10,252 bases of DNA from Armatimonadota bacterium (GTDB lineage: Bacteria; Sysuimicrobiota; Sysuimicrobiia; Sysuimicrobiales; Humicultoraceae): assembly GCA_037443365.1 (NCBI GenBank), contig JBBIOM010000027.1, positions 1-10,252 on the forward strand, in the 5' to 3' direction. Positions within the stretch are counted from its first letter, which is position 1. Each line of letters begins with the position of its first letter. Position numbers and translations under genes: made by a program. Below, piece by piece: positions 1 to 6,892 of the stretch. The notes beneath the pieces are model-generated. The model had not been told where the DNA came from, did not search any database, and saw only the letters and a program-made list of their open reading frames with translations.

Positions 1-24
1 CCTCTGCCAGGAGGAAGGATAGGC

Positions 25-74
25 CCCGAACAATCTCCGCCTCGTAGGCGCCCCCACGCAAGTGATTGTTAGGC
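25..74 (-). repeat. Imperfect inverted repeat at the 3' end of the DUF3795-like gene, resembling a degenerate integron attC site (or a terminator-like hairpin)
   Basis: The minus strand reads GCCTAAC-AATC...GATT-GTTCGGG. AACAATC (29-35) is the exact reverse complement of GATTGTT (64-70). The gene's TAA stop lies inside GCCTAAC (RYYYAAC). At 50 bp it is shorter than canonical attC sites, and L-box pairing is imperfect. Confidence 0.3.
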
Positions 75-635
75 CTTTCTTCTATACACCAATTCAATCT
101 TCTTCCGCTTTGCTACTTGTTCCATTATGCTCCTTGTTTGTTTGGCTATCTGCTTCATGTCGGCTGAATTCTCTCGGATTACTCGTACTTGTGCCTCCAC
201 CTCTTGTAAGTCCTCTCTCTCCAGCAAGGCCGTAGCAAGACAATAGAGACTCTTCGATCTCCCATCATCATGATTCTTGAGCAATCTCTCTAGAAGCCTC
301 ACCCTTTCCTGCTGTTGCGCAATGAATTCTCCCAACCCCCCCTTTCTGATTTGCCTCAAATTCCCCAGGGAGTTCCTATGTGTAACAAAGGAGTCGGTCA
401 TATCCCATTTCTTGAGTCTCTCGCAAGGAAATCGTTCGCATTCAGCACACGTCTCATATCCGCTATTCTTGAAACAGCACGTTGCGATTGAGCACGATGG
501 GTGTTTCTCAAGGAAACCTTCGCCCAGACAACCGGGGCATCTCGACTTCCCTGCCGTGTAGTAGCGAGGACACAGACCACAATCAATTCCACAACACGCG
601 ATTGTAGGATACCGTCTCACTGTTCGCTCTTCCAT
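69..635 (-). CDS. Cys-rich, putatively metal-binding DUF3795-family-like protein (188 aa)
   Basis: The N-terminal pattern CCGIDCGLCPRY...RCPGC...CSIATCC...ETCAECERFPC is typical of DUF3795 proteins, followed by a helical C-terminal extension. GC is much lower than in the neighbours (26/60 in 121-180 and 28/60 in 361-420, versus 49/60 in 1021-1080). Confidence 0.8.
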   Translation of the reverse strand: MEERTVRRYPTIACCGIDCGLCPRYYTAGKSRCPGCLGEGFLEKHPSCSIATCCFKNSGYETCAECERFPCERLKKWDMTDSFVTHRNSLGNLRQIRKGGLGEFIAQQQERVRLLERLLKNHDDGRSKSLYCLATALLEREDLQEVEAQVRVIRENSADMKQIAKQTRSIMEQVAKRKKIELVYRRKA

Positions 636-650
636 GCTTCACATCGCTTG

Positions 651-1940
651 TCAATGTGAGGTCAAGTATGCATCAGGGTAGCGCCGGAATACCGCGATCC
701 CCGCGACCACGCAGGCCGTGGCCAGCAGCGGCGCAACCCGCAGCCCGAGCCCATACCCGAAGACCTCCAGAATGCCACCCAACACCGCGGCCGCGACGCT
801 AGTTGCGCCGTTCAAGATGAGCCCCTGGAAGGCGAAGAACATCCCCTCCAGGCGCTCCCCGTGCGTCCGGGCCGCCTCCTGGGTGATGTCGGACAGGATC
901 GCATTGGGCAGCACGAACAGCGCGGCCAGGGCCGGGCTCGCCAGCGCCACCACCGCGTATCCCTGGACTCGCGCCGACAGCGGGAGCGGCCACAGCCCGA
1001 TCGTGGCAATCAACGGGAGCAGCGCGGCCGAGGCCGACATCGCCCAGAGCAGCGCCCGCCGGCTGCCGACGCGGTGCGCCAGCGAGGCGATCGCCGGCGT
1101 CGAGGCCAGGGTGGCGATCACACCCAACCCCAGCACGTTCCCCACGGCCGGCTGGGGCAGCCCCATCAGAACCGTGGCGATCAGCGCGAGCGCCAGGTTG
1201 ACAATCGACAGGCCGAGCCACAGCAGCGCAAACCCCGTTATGAAGACGCGAAACCTGCCCGAGCCGAACACGACGCGCAGCGCCTCCGCCAAGCGCGCGC
1301 GTCCCTCGACGATCGGGCGCTCCTGGACCGCCAGCCCGGCAAGCAGCAGCGGGGCCAACCCCACGGGCGCCAGGAGCAGCCCCATTGCGGGGAATCCCAC
1401 CCAGGCAGCGATGCGGGCCGACGCGATGAAGGCCGTCGCGGTGCCGGCCAGGCTGAATACCGCCTGCCAGGCCGCCACACTCACGCGGTCGCGTCCCTCT
1501 GCGGTGACCTCCGGCAGCAGCGCCATGTACGGGTTGAGCACGAGCGTCAACAGGAAGAAGAAGACGCCCAGTGCCGCCGCGAGGAAGACGAAGTTGGCGA
1601 GCGTGGGGGTCGGATCAGGAGGACGCCAGAGCAACGCAAAGGTCGCGGCCAGCAGCGGCGCACCAGCCAGAATCAGGGGGCGGCGCCTTCCGCCCGGGCC
1701 GCGACGACGGTCGCTCCAGTGCGCGACAAGGGGATCGGCCAGGGCGTCCACCGCGCGCCCCACGCCCATCGCCAGGCCGAGCAGCCCGGGAGCGATCCGC
1801 ACTGGCAGCCCCGCACCCGGCGGCGGCGCGTAGACGTAGAAGACCCACAGCAGGACTGTCTGCTGCAGGATGCTGGAGCCGAACGTGCCGAGGCTGTAGA
1901 GCAGGCGGCGCGTGGGAGTCAGCACGCGCCTGGCTTCCAC
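651..1940 (-). CDS. MFS transporter, glycoside-pentoside-hexuronide (MelB/GPH, MFS_2)-like (429 aa)
   Basis: About 12 hydrophobic segments and GPH motifs YSLGTFG, RAVDALADPLVAHWSDR...GRRRPLI, PYMALLPEV, AILSDI and ERLEGMFFA. The GTG start at 1940 is uncertain; there is an alternative GTG at 1925. Confidence 0.88.
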   Translation of the reverse strand: MEARRVLTPTRRLLYSLGTFGSSILQQTVLLWVFYVYAPPPGAGLPVRIAPGLLGLAMGVGRAVDALADPLVAHWSDRRRGPGGRRRPLILAGAPLLAATFALLWRPPDPTPTLANFVFLAAALGVFFFLLTLVLNPYMALLPEVTAEGRDRVSVAAWQAVFSLAGTATAFIASARIAAWVGFPAMGLLLAPVGLAPLLLAGLAVQERPIVEGRARLAEALRVVFGSGRFRVFITGFALLWLGLSIVNLALALIATVLMGLPQPAVGNVLGLGVIATLASTPAIASLAHRVGSRRALLWAMSASAALLPLIATIGLWPLPLSARVQGYAVVALASPALAALFVLPNAILSDITQEAARTHGERLEGMFFAFQGLILNGATSVAAAVLGGILEVFGYGLGLRVAPLLATACVVAGIAVFRRYPDAYLTSH

Positions 1941-1994
1941 GCGCGGGCGGCCCGCCCCTGCCCGCGCTTCCGTTACAGGGCACCGCGGCCGCGC

Positions 1995-2064
1995 GTCGTA
2001 TTCTCTCTAACATCGTTCTGAGTTCTGAAGGCTACGGGCCCGAAGGGGCGATAAGGTGACAAGG
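1995..2064. promoter_or_regulatory. Divergent intergenic region between the MFS gene and aroC, with an AT-richer patch and the aroC ribosome-binding site
   Basis: Candidate -10 hexamers TATTCT (1999-2004) and TAACAT (2008-2013), a tandem GTTCTGA x2 (2015-2028), and SD-like AAGGTG (2053-2058) before the ATG at 2065. No convincing -35 was found. Confidence 0.3.
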
Positions 2065-3189
2065 ATGCTGCGCTACCTAACCGCGGGCGAGTCGCACGGC
2101 CGGGCGCTGGTCGCGATCCTCGAAGGGATGCCCGCGGGCCTGCGAGTGGACGCGGACCGCATCAACGCGCAGATGGCGCGGCGCATGGCGGGATACGGGC
2201 GCGGCACGCGGATGCAGATCGAGGGGGACCGCGCGGAGATCATTTGCGGGCTGATCCGCGGCGAGACGATCGGCGCGCCCGTGGCCTTCTGGATCGAGAA
2301 CCGCGATTGGCGCGCGGACGAGCCGGACATCACGCGCCCCAGGCCCGGGCACGCCGACCTGCCCGGCGCGCTGAAGTACGGCTTCGACGAGGTGCGCCGC
2401 GTGCTCGAGCGCGCAAGCGCGCGCGAAACCGCATCACGCGTGGCCGTCGGCGCGGTCTGCCTGGGCTTCCTTGAGGAGTTTGGTGTTCGGGTCGCGAGCC
2501 ACGTCACCGAGATTGGGGGCGCCGCGATCCGCGCGCGCCCGGCTCGTTGGGAGGAGATCACGGCGCTGGCCTCATCCTCGGCGGTGCGCTGCGTTGATCC
2601 CGAGGCCGAGGAACGCATGAAGGCGGCGATTGACGCAGCGGCAAAGCGCGGCGACACCCTGGGAGGGGTGTTCGAGGTGGTGGCCCTCGGCCTTCCGCCG
2701 GGGCTGGGCAGCCACGTGCACTGGGACCGCCGGCTCGACGCCCGCCTCGCCGCGGCCGTGATGTCCGTCCCCGCGGTTCGGGGCGTCGAGTTTGGGCTGG
2801 GCTTCGAGGCGGCGCGCACCCCTGGCAGATGCGCCCACGACGAGATCTTCTACGATCCCGCGCGCGGTTTCTACCGCGAGACAAACCGGGCGGGCGGTCT
2901 CGAGGGAGGCATGACAAACGGCGAGCCCCTGGTTGTGCGCGCGGCGATGAAGCCGCTCTCGACGCTGCCCGCACCTCTGCGCTCAGTTGACCTGCGCACG
3001 AAGGAGCCGACCGAGGCCGCGGTCGTGCGCGGCGACGTCTGCGCGGTGCCCGCGGCCGGCGTGGTGGGCGAGGCGATGGTGGCATTCGTGCTGGCCGACG
3101 CGTTCCTCGAGAAGTTCGGCGGCGATACGATGGCGCAGATCCGGCAGGGGTACGAGCGGTTTGTGGTGGAGGCGAGGCGGGGGGACTGA
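2065..3189 (+). CDS. aroC: Chorismate synthase
   Basis: Signature motifs MLRYLTAGESHG, GYGRG, RPGHADL, ERASARET, GDTLGG, TNRAGGLEGGMTNGEP, MKPLSTL and DVCAVPAA. ATG 2065 is preferred over GTG 2056 because it matches the typical N-terminus and has an SD upstream. Confidence 0.97.
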   Translation: MLRYLTAGESHGRALVAILEGMPAGLRVDADRINAQMARRMAGYGRGTRMQIEGDRAEIICGLIRGETIGAPVAFWIENRDWRADEPDITRPRPGHADLPGALKYGFDEVRRVLERASARETASRVAVGAVCLGFLEEFGVRVASHVTEIGGAAIRARPARWEEITALASSSAVRCVDPEAEERMKAAIDAAAKRGDTLGGVFEVVALGLPPGLGSHVHWDRRLDARLAAAVMSVPAVRGVEFGLGFEAARTPGRCAHDEIFYDPARGFYRETNRAGGLEGGMTNGEPLVVRAAMKPLSTLPAPLRSVDLRTKEPTEAAVVRGDVCAVPAAGVVGEAMVAFVLADAFLEKFGGDTMAQIRQGYERFVVEARRGD

Positions 3190-3206
3190 GTGGGAGAAAT
3201 CGGGAC

Positions 3207-4343
3207 TTACTGCAGGCCCTCGACAAGCTCCTTGAGCGAGACGAACTGCACCGCCACTTCGCCGTACTTGCGCGCCCACGCGCGGGGGACATCGCTCGCG
3301 ACGACGAAGTTCAATCCAGCGGGATACCTGCGTCGGAAGGCCATCAGGGACGAGTGGTCGAACGCATCGGCCTTCCACTTGCACTCAACGGCTACCGGGT
3401 GTCCCTTGTCACCTTTCAGCACGAGATCGATCTCGTGGCCCCGCTTGTCGCGCCAGTAGCACAAACGCCGGGTCTGCATGCGCGCATGCAGCTCGTTCAG
3501 AACGAAGTGCTCCCAGAGCGGGCCGAGGTCATCGTCGCGAAGCCGATGCCAGCCCCGGTGGTAGCACACGAAGCCAGTATCAAAACCATAGACCTTGGGG
3601 GCGGACACGATCTCCGCAGATCGGTGGCGCGCAAAGGGGCGAAGCAGGTGAACGACAAAGGTCGCCTCCAGGGCACCAAGATAGTTGGTGATTGTAGTTC
3701 GGCTCACCTCGCAGGGCGCAGAGTAGCGAGTGGCTTCAAAGATTCCCCCGCTGTGCGTTAGGAGCAACTCGGCGAACCGCTGGAACGAATGCCGGCGCTC
3801 GAGCCGGAACAGCTCCTGGATGTCTTTCGCCCAGTACGCATCCATCCACTCCTGGAACTCGCGCTCCGAAACGGATTCGGCCAGGAAGAAGGGTGGCAGC
3901 CCGCCGCGAAGTAGCCGGTGCTTCAAGTTCGTATTCTCGAAGTCGGCGAGATCCGCTTCTATCATCGGCGTGAGCCAGACGTCGGCCTTGCGACCGGCCA
4001 GGGTATCGCGGAACTTCGCTGACGCGCCCAGCGTAGACGACCCCGTGGCGATGATCTTGACCTCGGGGTAATGATCGGCGGCGATCTTCAGCAGTTCCGA
4101 CGGGTTCCCCGTCCGGTGGATCTCGTCGAGTACAATCCTTTTCCCCCGAAGGGACTCGAGGAAGCTCTCCGGGTCCTCCATCTGCCGCCTCACCCGCGGC
4201 AGCTCGCAGTCGAAGTACTCCGTGTCCGGAAGCGACTGGCAGAGAACGGTCTTTCCCACGCGCCTTACCCCTGCCAGCCACACAATGCGCCGTCGCCGCC
4301 ACGCCTCCTCGATTCTGTTCTGCCAGAAGGTCCGGGCCCGCAT
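3207..4343 (-). CDS. AAA+ ATPase (AAA_14-like) with central HTH and C-terminal DUF4143 / PD-(D/E)XK nuclease-like domain (378 aa)
   Basis: Walker A GVRRVGKT, Walker B IVLDEIH, ATGSS, LAGR, GGLP, HTH-like CEVSRTTITNYLGALE, PKVYGFDTG, WEHFV and YWRD...EIDLV...VAVECKW. ATG 4343 is preferred over 4415 because it puts Walker A about 24 residues from the start and fits the promoter geometry. Confidence 0.9.
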   Translation of the reverse strand: MRARTFWQNRIEEAWRRRRIVWLAGVRRVGKTVLCQSLPDTEYFDCELPRVRRQMEDPESFLESLRGKRIVLDEIHRTGNPSELLKIAADHYPEVKIIATGSSTLGASAKFRDTLAGRKADVWLTPMIEADLADFENTNLKHRLLRGGLPPFFLAESVSEREFQEWMDAYWAKDIQELFRLERRHSFQRFAELLLTHSGGIFEATRYSAPCEVSRTTITNYLGALEATFVVHLLRPFARHRSAEIVSAPKVYGFDTGFVCYHRGWHRLRDDDLGPLWEHFVLNELHARMQTRRLCYWRDKRGHEIDLVLKGDKGHPVAVECKWKADAFDHSSLMAFRRRYPAGLNFVVASDVPRAWARKYGEVAVQFVSLKELVEGLQ

Positions 4344-4378
4344 GATACCATCTTTGCGCATGGTGTCACCATTTGCAA
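4344..4378 (-). promoter_or_regulatory. Putative sigma70-type (possibly leaderless) promoter with overlapping palindromic operator for the AAA-DUF4143 gene
   Basis: Minus strand: TTGCAA (4378-4373), 17 nt, AAAGAT (4355-4350), 6 nt, ATG (4343), with no SD. The dyad TTGC-gc-ATGGTG-t-CACCAT-tt-GCAA (4354-4378, 10 of 12 positions paired) covers the -35 and the spacer. Confidence 0.55.
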
Positions 4379-4431
4379 GTCTGCCTGCGTTCGGCGACGC
4401 CATGTCTTCTTCCACTAAGCTCCCTGGCGAT

Positions 4432-4470
4432 GCCCGGCGCGGTTAGCTGCGAAAGGCAATTCCGCCGGGC
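4432..4470. other. GC-rich stem-loop upstream of the GNAT gene
   Basis: GCCCGGCG (4432-4439) pairs perfectly with CGCCGGGC (4463-4470). The interior can pair partly around a GAAA-containing loop. No U-tract. Confidence 0.35.
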
Positions 4471-4519
4471 TGGGCGAAACCCCATGCATGCCTACCCCCT
4501 ACACGGACGAGACGCTACG

Positions 4520-5086
4520 GTGCTGACGATCGTAGGCCGGCGCGTCAACCTGAGGGAGTTCCTGCCGGGTGACGCCGCCTGGCTGGTGCGCGTGATGGCG
4601 CGCGGCTCATGGTGGAAGTGGGACGCGCCCTGGGAGGGCCCGCCCTCCGAAGACGAGTTGCGACGGATGCCGGTGCGCATCGAGGCCATGATCCGCGAAG
4701 GCGCCTCTCCGCCCAGGCGGATGATCATAGAGACGCGCACGCAATCGCCCATTGGAACCGTGTCCAGGTACTGGGTGGACGAGCGCACCCAGTGGATGGA
4801 GGTGGGCCTGGGCTTCTACTCGGCCCGCCACTGGGGGCGGGGCTACGGGGCTGAGGCGCTGGCCCTCTGGGTGGATCACCTCTTCGAGGCCATGAGCCTG
4901 CGCCGCATCGGCCTGCGCACCTGGTCCGGAAACGAGCGGATGGTCCGTCTTGCCCGCAAGTTGGGGTTCCGGCAGGAAGCCGCCTTCCGGGAGGCGTACG
5001 CCACGAGGCTGCGCACATTCGACCGTGTGGCCTTTGGCCTGCTCAGGCGGGAATGGGCTCGCGCCCGACGATCATGGAACGGCTGA
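4520..5086 (+). CDS. GNAT N-acetyltransferase, RimJ/RimL (Acetyltransf_3)-like
   Basis: GRRVNLREF at the N-terminus, IGTVSRYW, EVGL, acetyl-CoA-binding HWGRGYG, and TWSGNERMVRLARKLGFRQEA. The start is uncertain: GTG 4520 is preferred, ATG 4484 is the alternative. The stop TGA overlaps the aroH ATG (TGATG). Confidence 0.85.
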   Translation: MLTIVGRRVNLREFLPGDAAWLVRVMARGSWWKWDAPWEGPPSEDELRRMPVRIEAMIREGASPPRRMIIETRTQSPIGTVSRYWVDERTQWMEVGLGFYSARHWGRGYGAEALALWVDHLFEAMSLRRIGLRTWSGNERMVRLARKLGFRQEAAFREAYATRLRTFDRVAFGLLRREWARARRSWNG

Positions 5087-5475
5087 TGCGCGGCGTGCGC
5101 GGCGCGATCACCGTGGAGGCCAACACCGCCCGGGCCATCCACGAGGCCACTCGCGCGCTGCTGACCGAGATGGTGCGCGCCAACCGGATCGAGACGGGCG
5201 CAATCGCCGCGGTGATCTTCACGCTCACGCCCGACCTCGATGCCGCCTTTCCGGCCGAGGGCGCCCGGCAGATGGGCTGGACCGCGGTGCCGCTCCTGTC
5301 GTGCTCCGAGATCGCCGTGCCAGGGGCGCTGGGGCGGTGTCTGCGCATCCTCATGCTTGTGAGCACGCAGAGGGCCCAGGACGAGATCGCGCACGTCTAC
5401 CTGCGCGGAGCAGAGGTGCTGCGGCCCGATCTGAACTCCTCTGGAGGCCCCGCGGCCTTGGCAGGTGATCCGTGA
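5086..5475 (+). CDS. aroH: Chorismate mutase, AroH class (Bacillus/Thermus type)
   Basis: MRGVRGAITV, FTLTPDLDAAFPA, VPLLSCSEIAVPGALGRCLRIL and HVYLRGAEVLRPD. ATG 5086 is coupled to the GNAT stop (alternative ATG 5074). The stop overlaps the aroA start (GTGA). Confidence 0.95.
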   Translation: MRGVRGAITVEANTARAIHEATRALLTEMVRANRIETGAIAAVIFTLTPDLDAAFPAEGARQMGWTAVPLLSCSEIAVPGALGRCLRILMLVSTQRAQDEIAHVYLRGAEVLRPDLNSSGGPAALAGDP

Positions 5476-6746
5476 GAGAGATTGCTCCGCTTCAGAAACC
5501 CCCCGACGCAGCGGTGCGCGTGCCTGGCTCAAAGAGCCTGACCAACAGGGGCCTGTTGGTGGGCGCGCTGGCTCAAGGCCGCTCGCGGCTGACCAACGCC
5601 CTGTTCAGCGACGACACCCACTTCATGGCCGAGTGCCTGCGGCGCCTGGGCTTCACCGTGCTGATGCGCCCGGAGGAAAGCATCATGCTCGTGGAGGGCC
5701 GCGGCGGGGAGATCCCAGCGCGGCACGCCGAGCTGTTCGTCGGAGGAGCCGGGACCGCGGCCCGGTTCCTGACGGCCATGGTGGCATTGGGACACGGACG
5801 GTACACGATTGACGGCGCGGCCCGCATGCGAGAGAGGCCGATCCAGGACCTGTTGGACGCCCTGGCGATGGTTGGGGTTGAAGCCGTCGCGGAGCGCGGA
5901 ACGCCGCCCGTGGTGGTGAATGCCAGAGGGCTGCGCGGTGGATGCGCGAGGGTGCGCGGCGACGTCAGCAGCCAGTTCCTCTCGGCCCTGCTCATGGCAG
6001 CGCCGTACGCGCAGGAGGACATGGAGTTGGTCCTGGAGGGCCGCCTGGTGGAAGCCCCCTACGTCGAGATGACGCTGGGCGTCATGGCCGCGTTTGGGGT
6101 CAGGGTCGAGCGCGACGGCCTGAGCCGGTTTCTCGTCCGGTCAGGGCAACGCTACCTCGCGCGCGACTATGCGATCGAGCCCGATGCCAGCGGTGCCGCG
6201 TACTTCCTGGCGGCCGCGGCCGTCACAGGAGGCCGCGTGCGGGTCCCGGGGCTATCCGAATCGTCGCTGCAGGGGGATGCGCGCTTCGTGGACCTGCTGG
6301 CAGAGATGGGCGCCCGGGTGGTGCGCGGCGAGGACTTCCTCGAGGTCAGGGGCACCGGGAGCCTGCGCGGAATCACCGCCGACCTCTCCGAGATGAGCGA
6401 CCAGACCATGACGCTGGCGGCGATTGCGCCCTTCGCCCAGGGGCCTACGCGCATCAACGGCGTCGCACACATACGCCACCAGGAGTCCGACCGTCTGGCA
6501 GCCACCGCGGCCGAGCTGCGGCGCATCGGGCAGGAAGTGGAGGAGCAGCAGGGCAGCTTGGTGATTCACCCAAGGCCCATGCGCCCTGCGGTGATACAGA
6601 CGTACGGGGACCATCGCATAGCGATGGCCTTTGCGGTCACCGGCCTGCGGGCCCCGGGGATCGCCATAGCGGACCCCGGGTGTGTGGCCAAGACCTTTCC
6701 GGACTTCTTCGAGCGGCTGGACGACCTCCGCTCAGGAGTCGCCTAG
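5472..6746 (+). CDS. aroA: 3-phosphoshikimate 1-carboxyvinyltransferase (EPSP synthase)
   Basis: PGSKSLTNR, GAGTAARFL, RERPI, SSQFLSALL, EPDAS, QGD, ESDRL, TYGDHRIAMAF and KTFPDFF. Confidence 0.96.
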   Translation: MREIAPLQKPPDAAVRVPGSKSLTNRGLLVGALAQGRSRLTNALFSDDTHFMAECLRRLGFTVLMRPEESIMLVEGRGGEIPARHAELFVGGAGTAARFLTAMVALGHGRYTIDGAARMRERPIQDLLDALAMVGVEAVAERGTPPVVVNARGLRGGCARVRGDVSSQFLSALLMAAPYAQEDMELVLEGRLVEAPYVEMTLGVMAAFGVRVERDGLSRFLVRSGQRYLARDYAIEPDASGAAYFLAAAAVTGGRVRVPGLSESSLQGDARFVDLLAEMGARVVRGEDFLEVRGTGSLRGITADLSEMSDQTMTLAAIAPFAQGPTRINGVAHIRHQESDRLAATAAELRRIGQEVEEQQGSLVIHPRPMRPAVIQTYGDHRIAMAFAVTGLRAPGIAIADPGCVAKTFPDFFERLDDLRSGVA

Positions 6747-6892
6747 CCCGACTTGGTTTCGCTCGGCTTGAAGGTGAACCGCGTGCCGCAGTTCTTGCAG
6801 CGCCATTTCTGGGCGCCGCTCTCGTCCACGCCCTGGTATTCGAGGTGCGTGCTCTTACAGCCCGGACACCTCGACGCTCCTTTCATCCCCAT
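6743..6892 (-). CDS. 49-aa zinc-ribbon microprotein (CxxC...CxxC), IS1 InsA N-terminal ribbon-like; absent from the ORF track
   Basis: Hand translation: MGMKGASRCPGCKSTHLEYQGVDESGAQKWRCKNCGTRFTFKPSETKSG*. Strong SD AAAGGAGG (6906-6899) 6 nt before the ATG, and GC-rich third codon positions. Its TAG overlaps the aroA TAG in a CTAG palindrome (6743-6746). Confidence 0.8.
   Translation of the reverse strand: MGMKGASRCPGCKSTHLEYQGVDESGAQKWRCKNCGTRFTFKPSETKSG

Noticed and set aside
718..2021. Long plus-strand ORFs (718..1833, 861..2021) opposite the MFS gene
   Set aside because: Antisense shadows expected in high-GC coding DNA; low-complexity Ala/Arg/Ser/Pro translations with no motifs.
3025..3045. 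AroC motif reads RGDVC rather than the usual RSD/RHD
   Set aside because: Single change with all other signatures intact; not enough to infer altered function.
3190..3459. 89-aa ORF starting directly after aroC
   Set aside because: Almost entirely antisense to the AAA-DUF4143 gene and has no recognisable motif; only its first codons are noted as a possible scar.
4373..4519. N-terminal extensions of the GNAT (from 4373) and AAA (from 4415) ORFs in the track
   Set aside because: They would overlap head-to-head and cover the promoter/dyad region, and they do not resemble either family; downstream starts are preferred.
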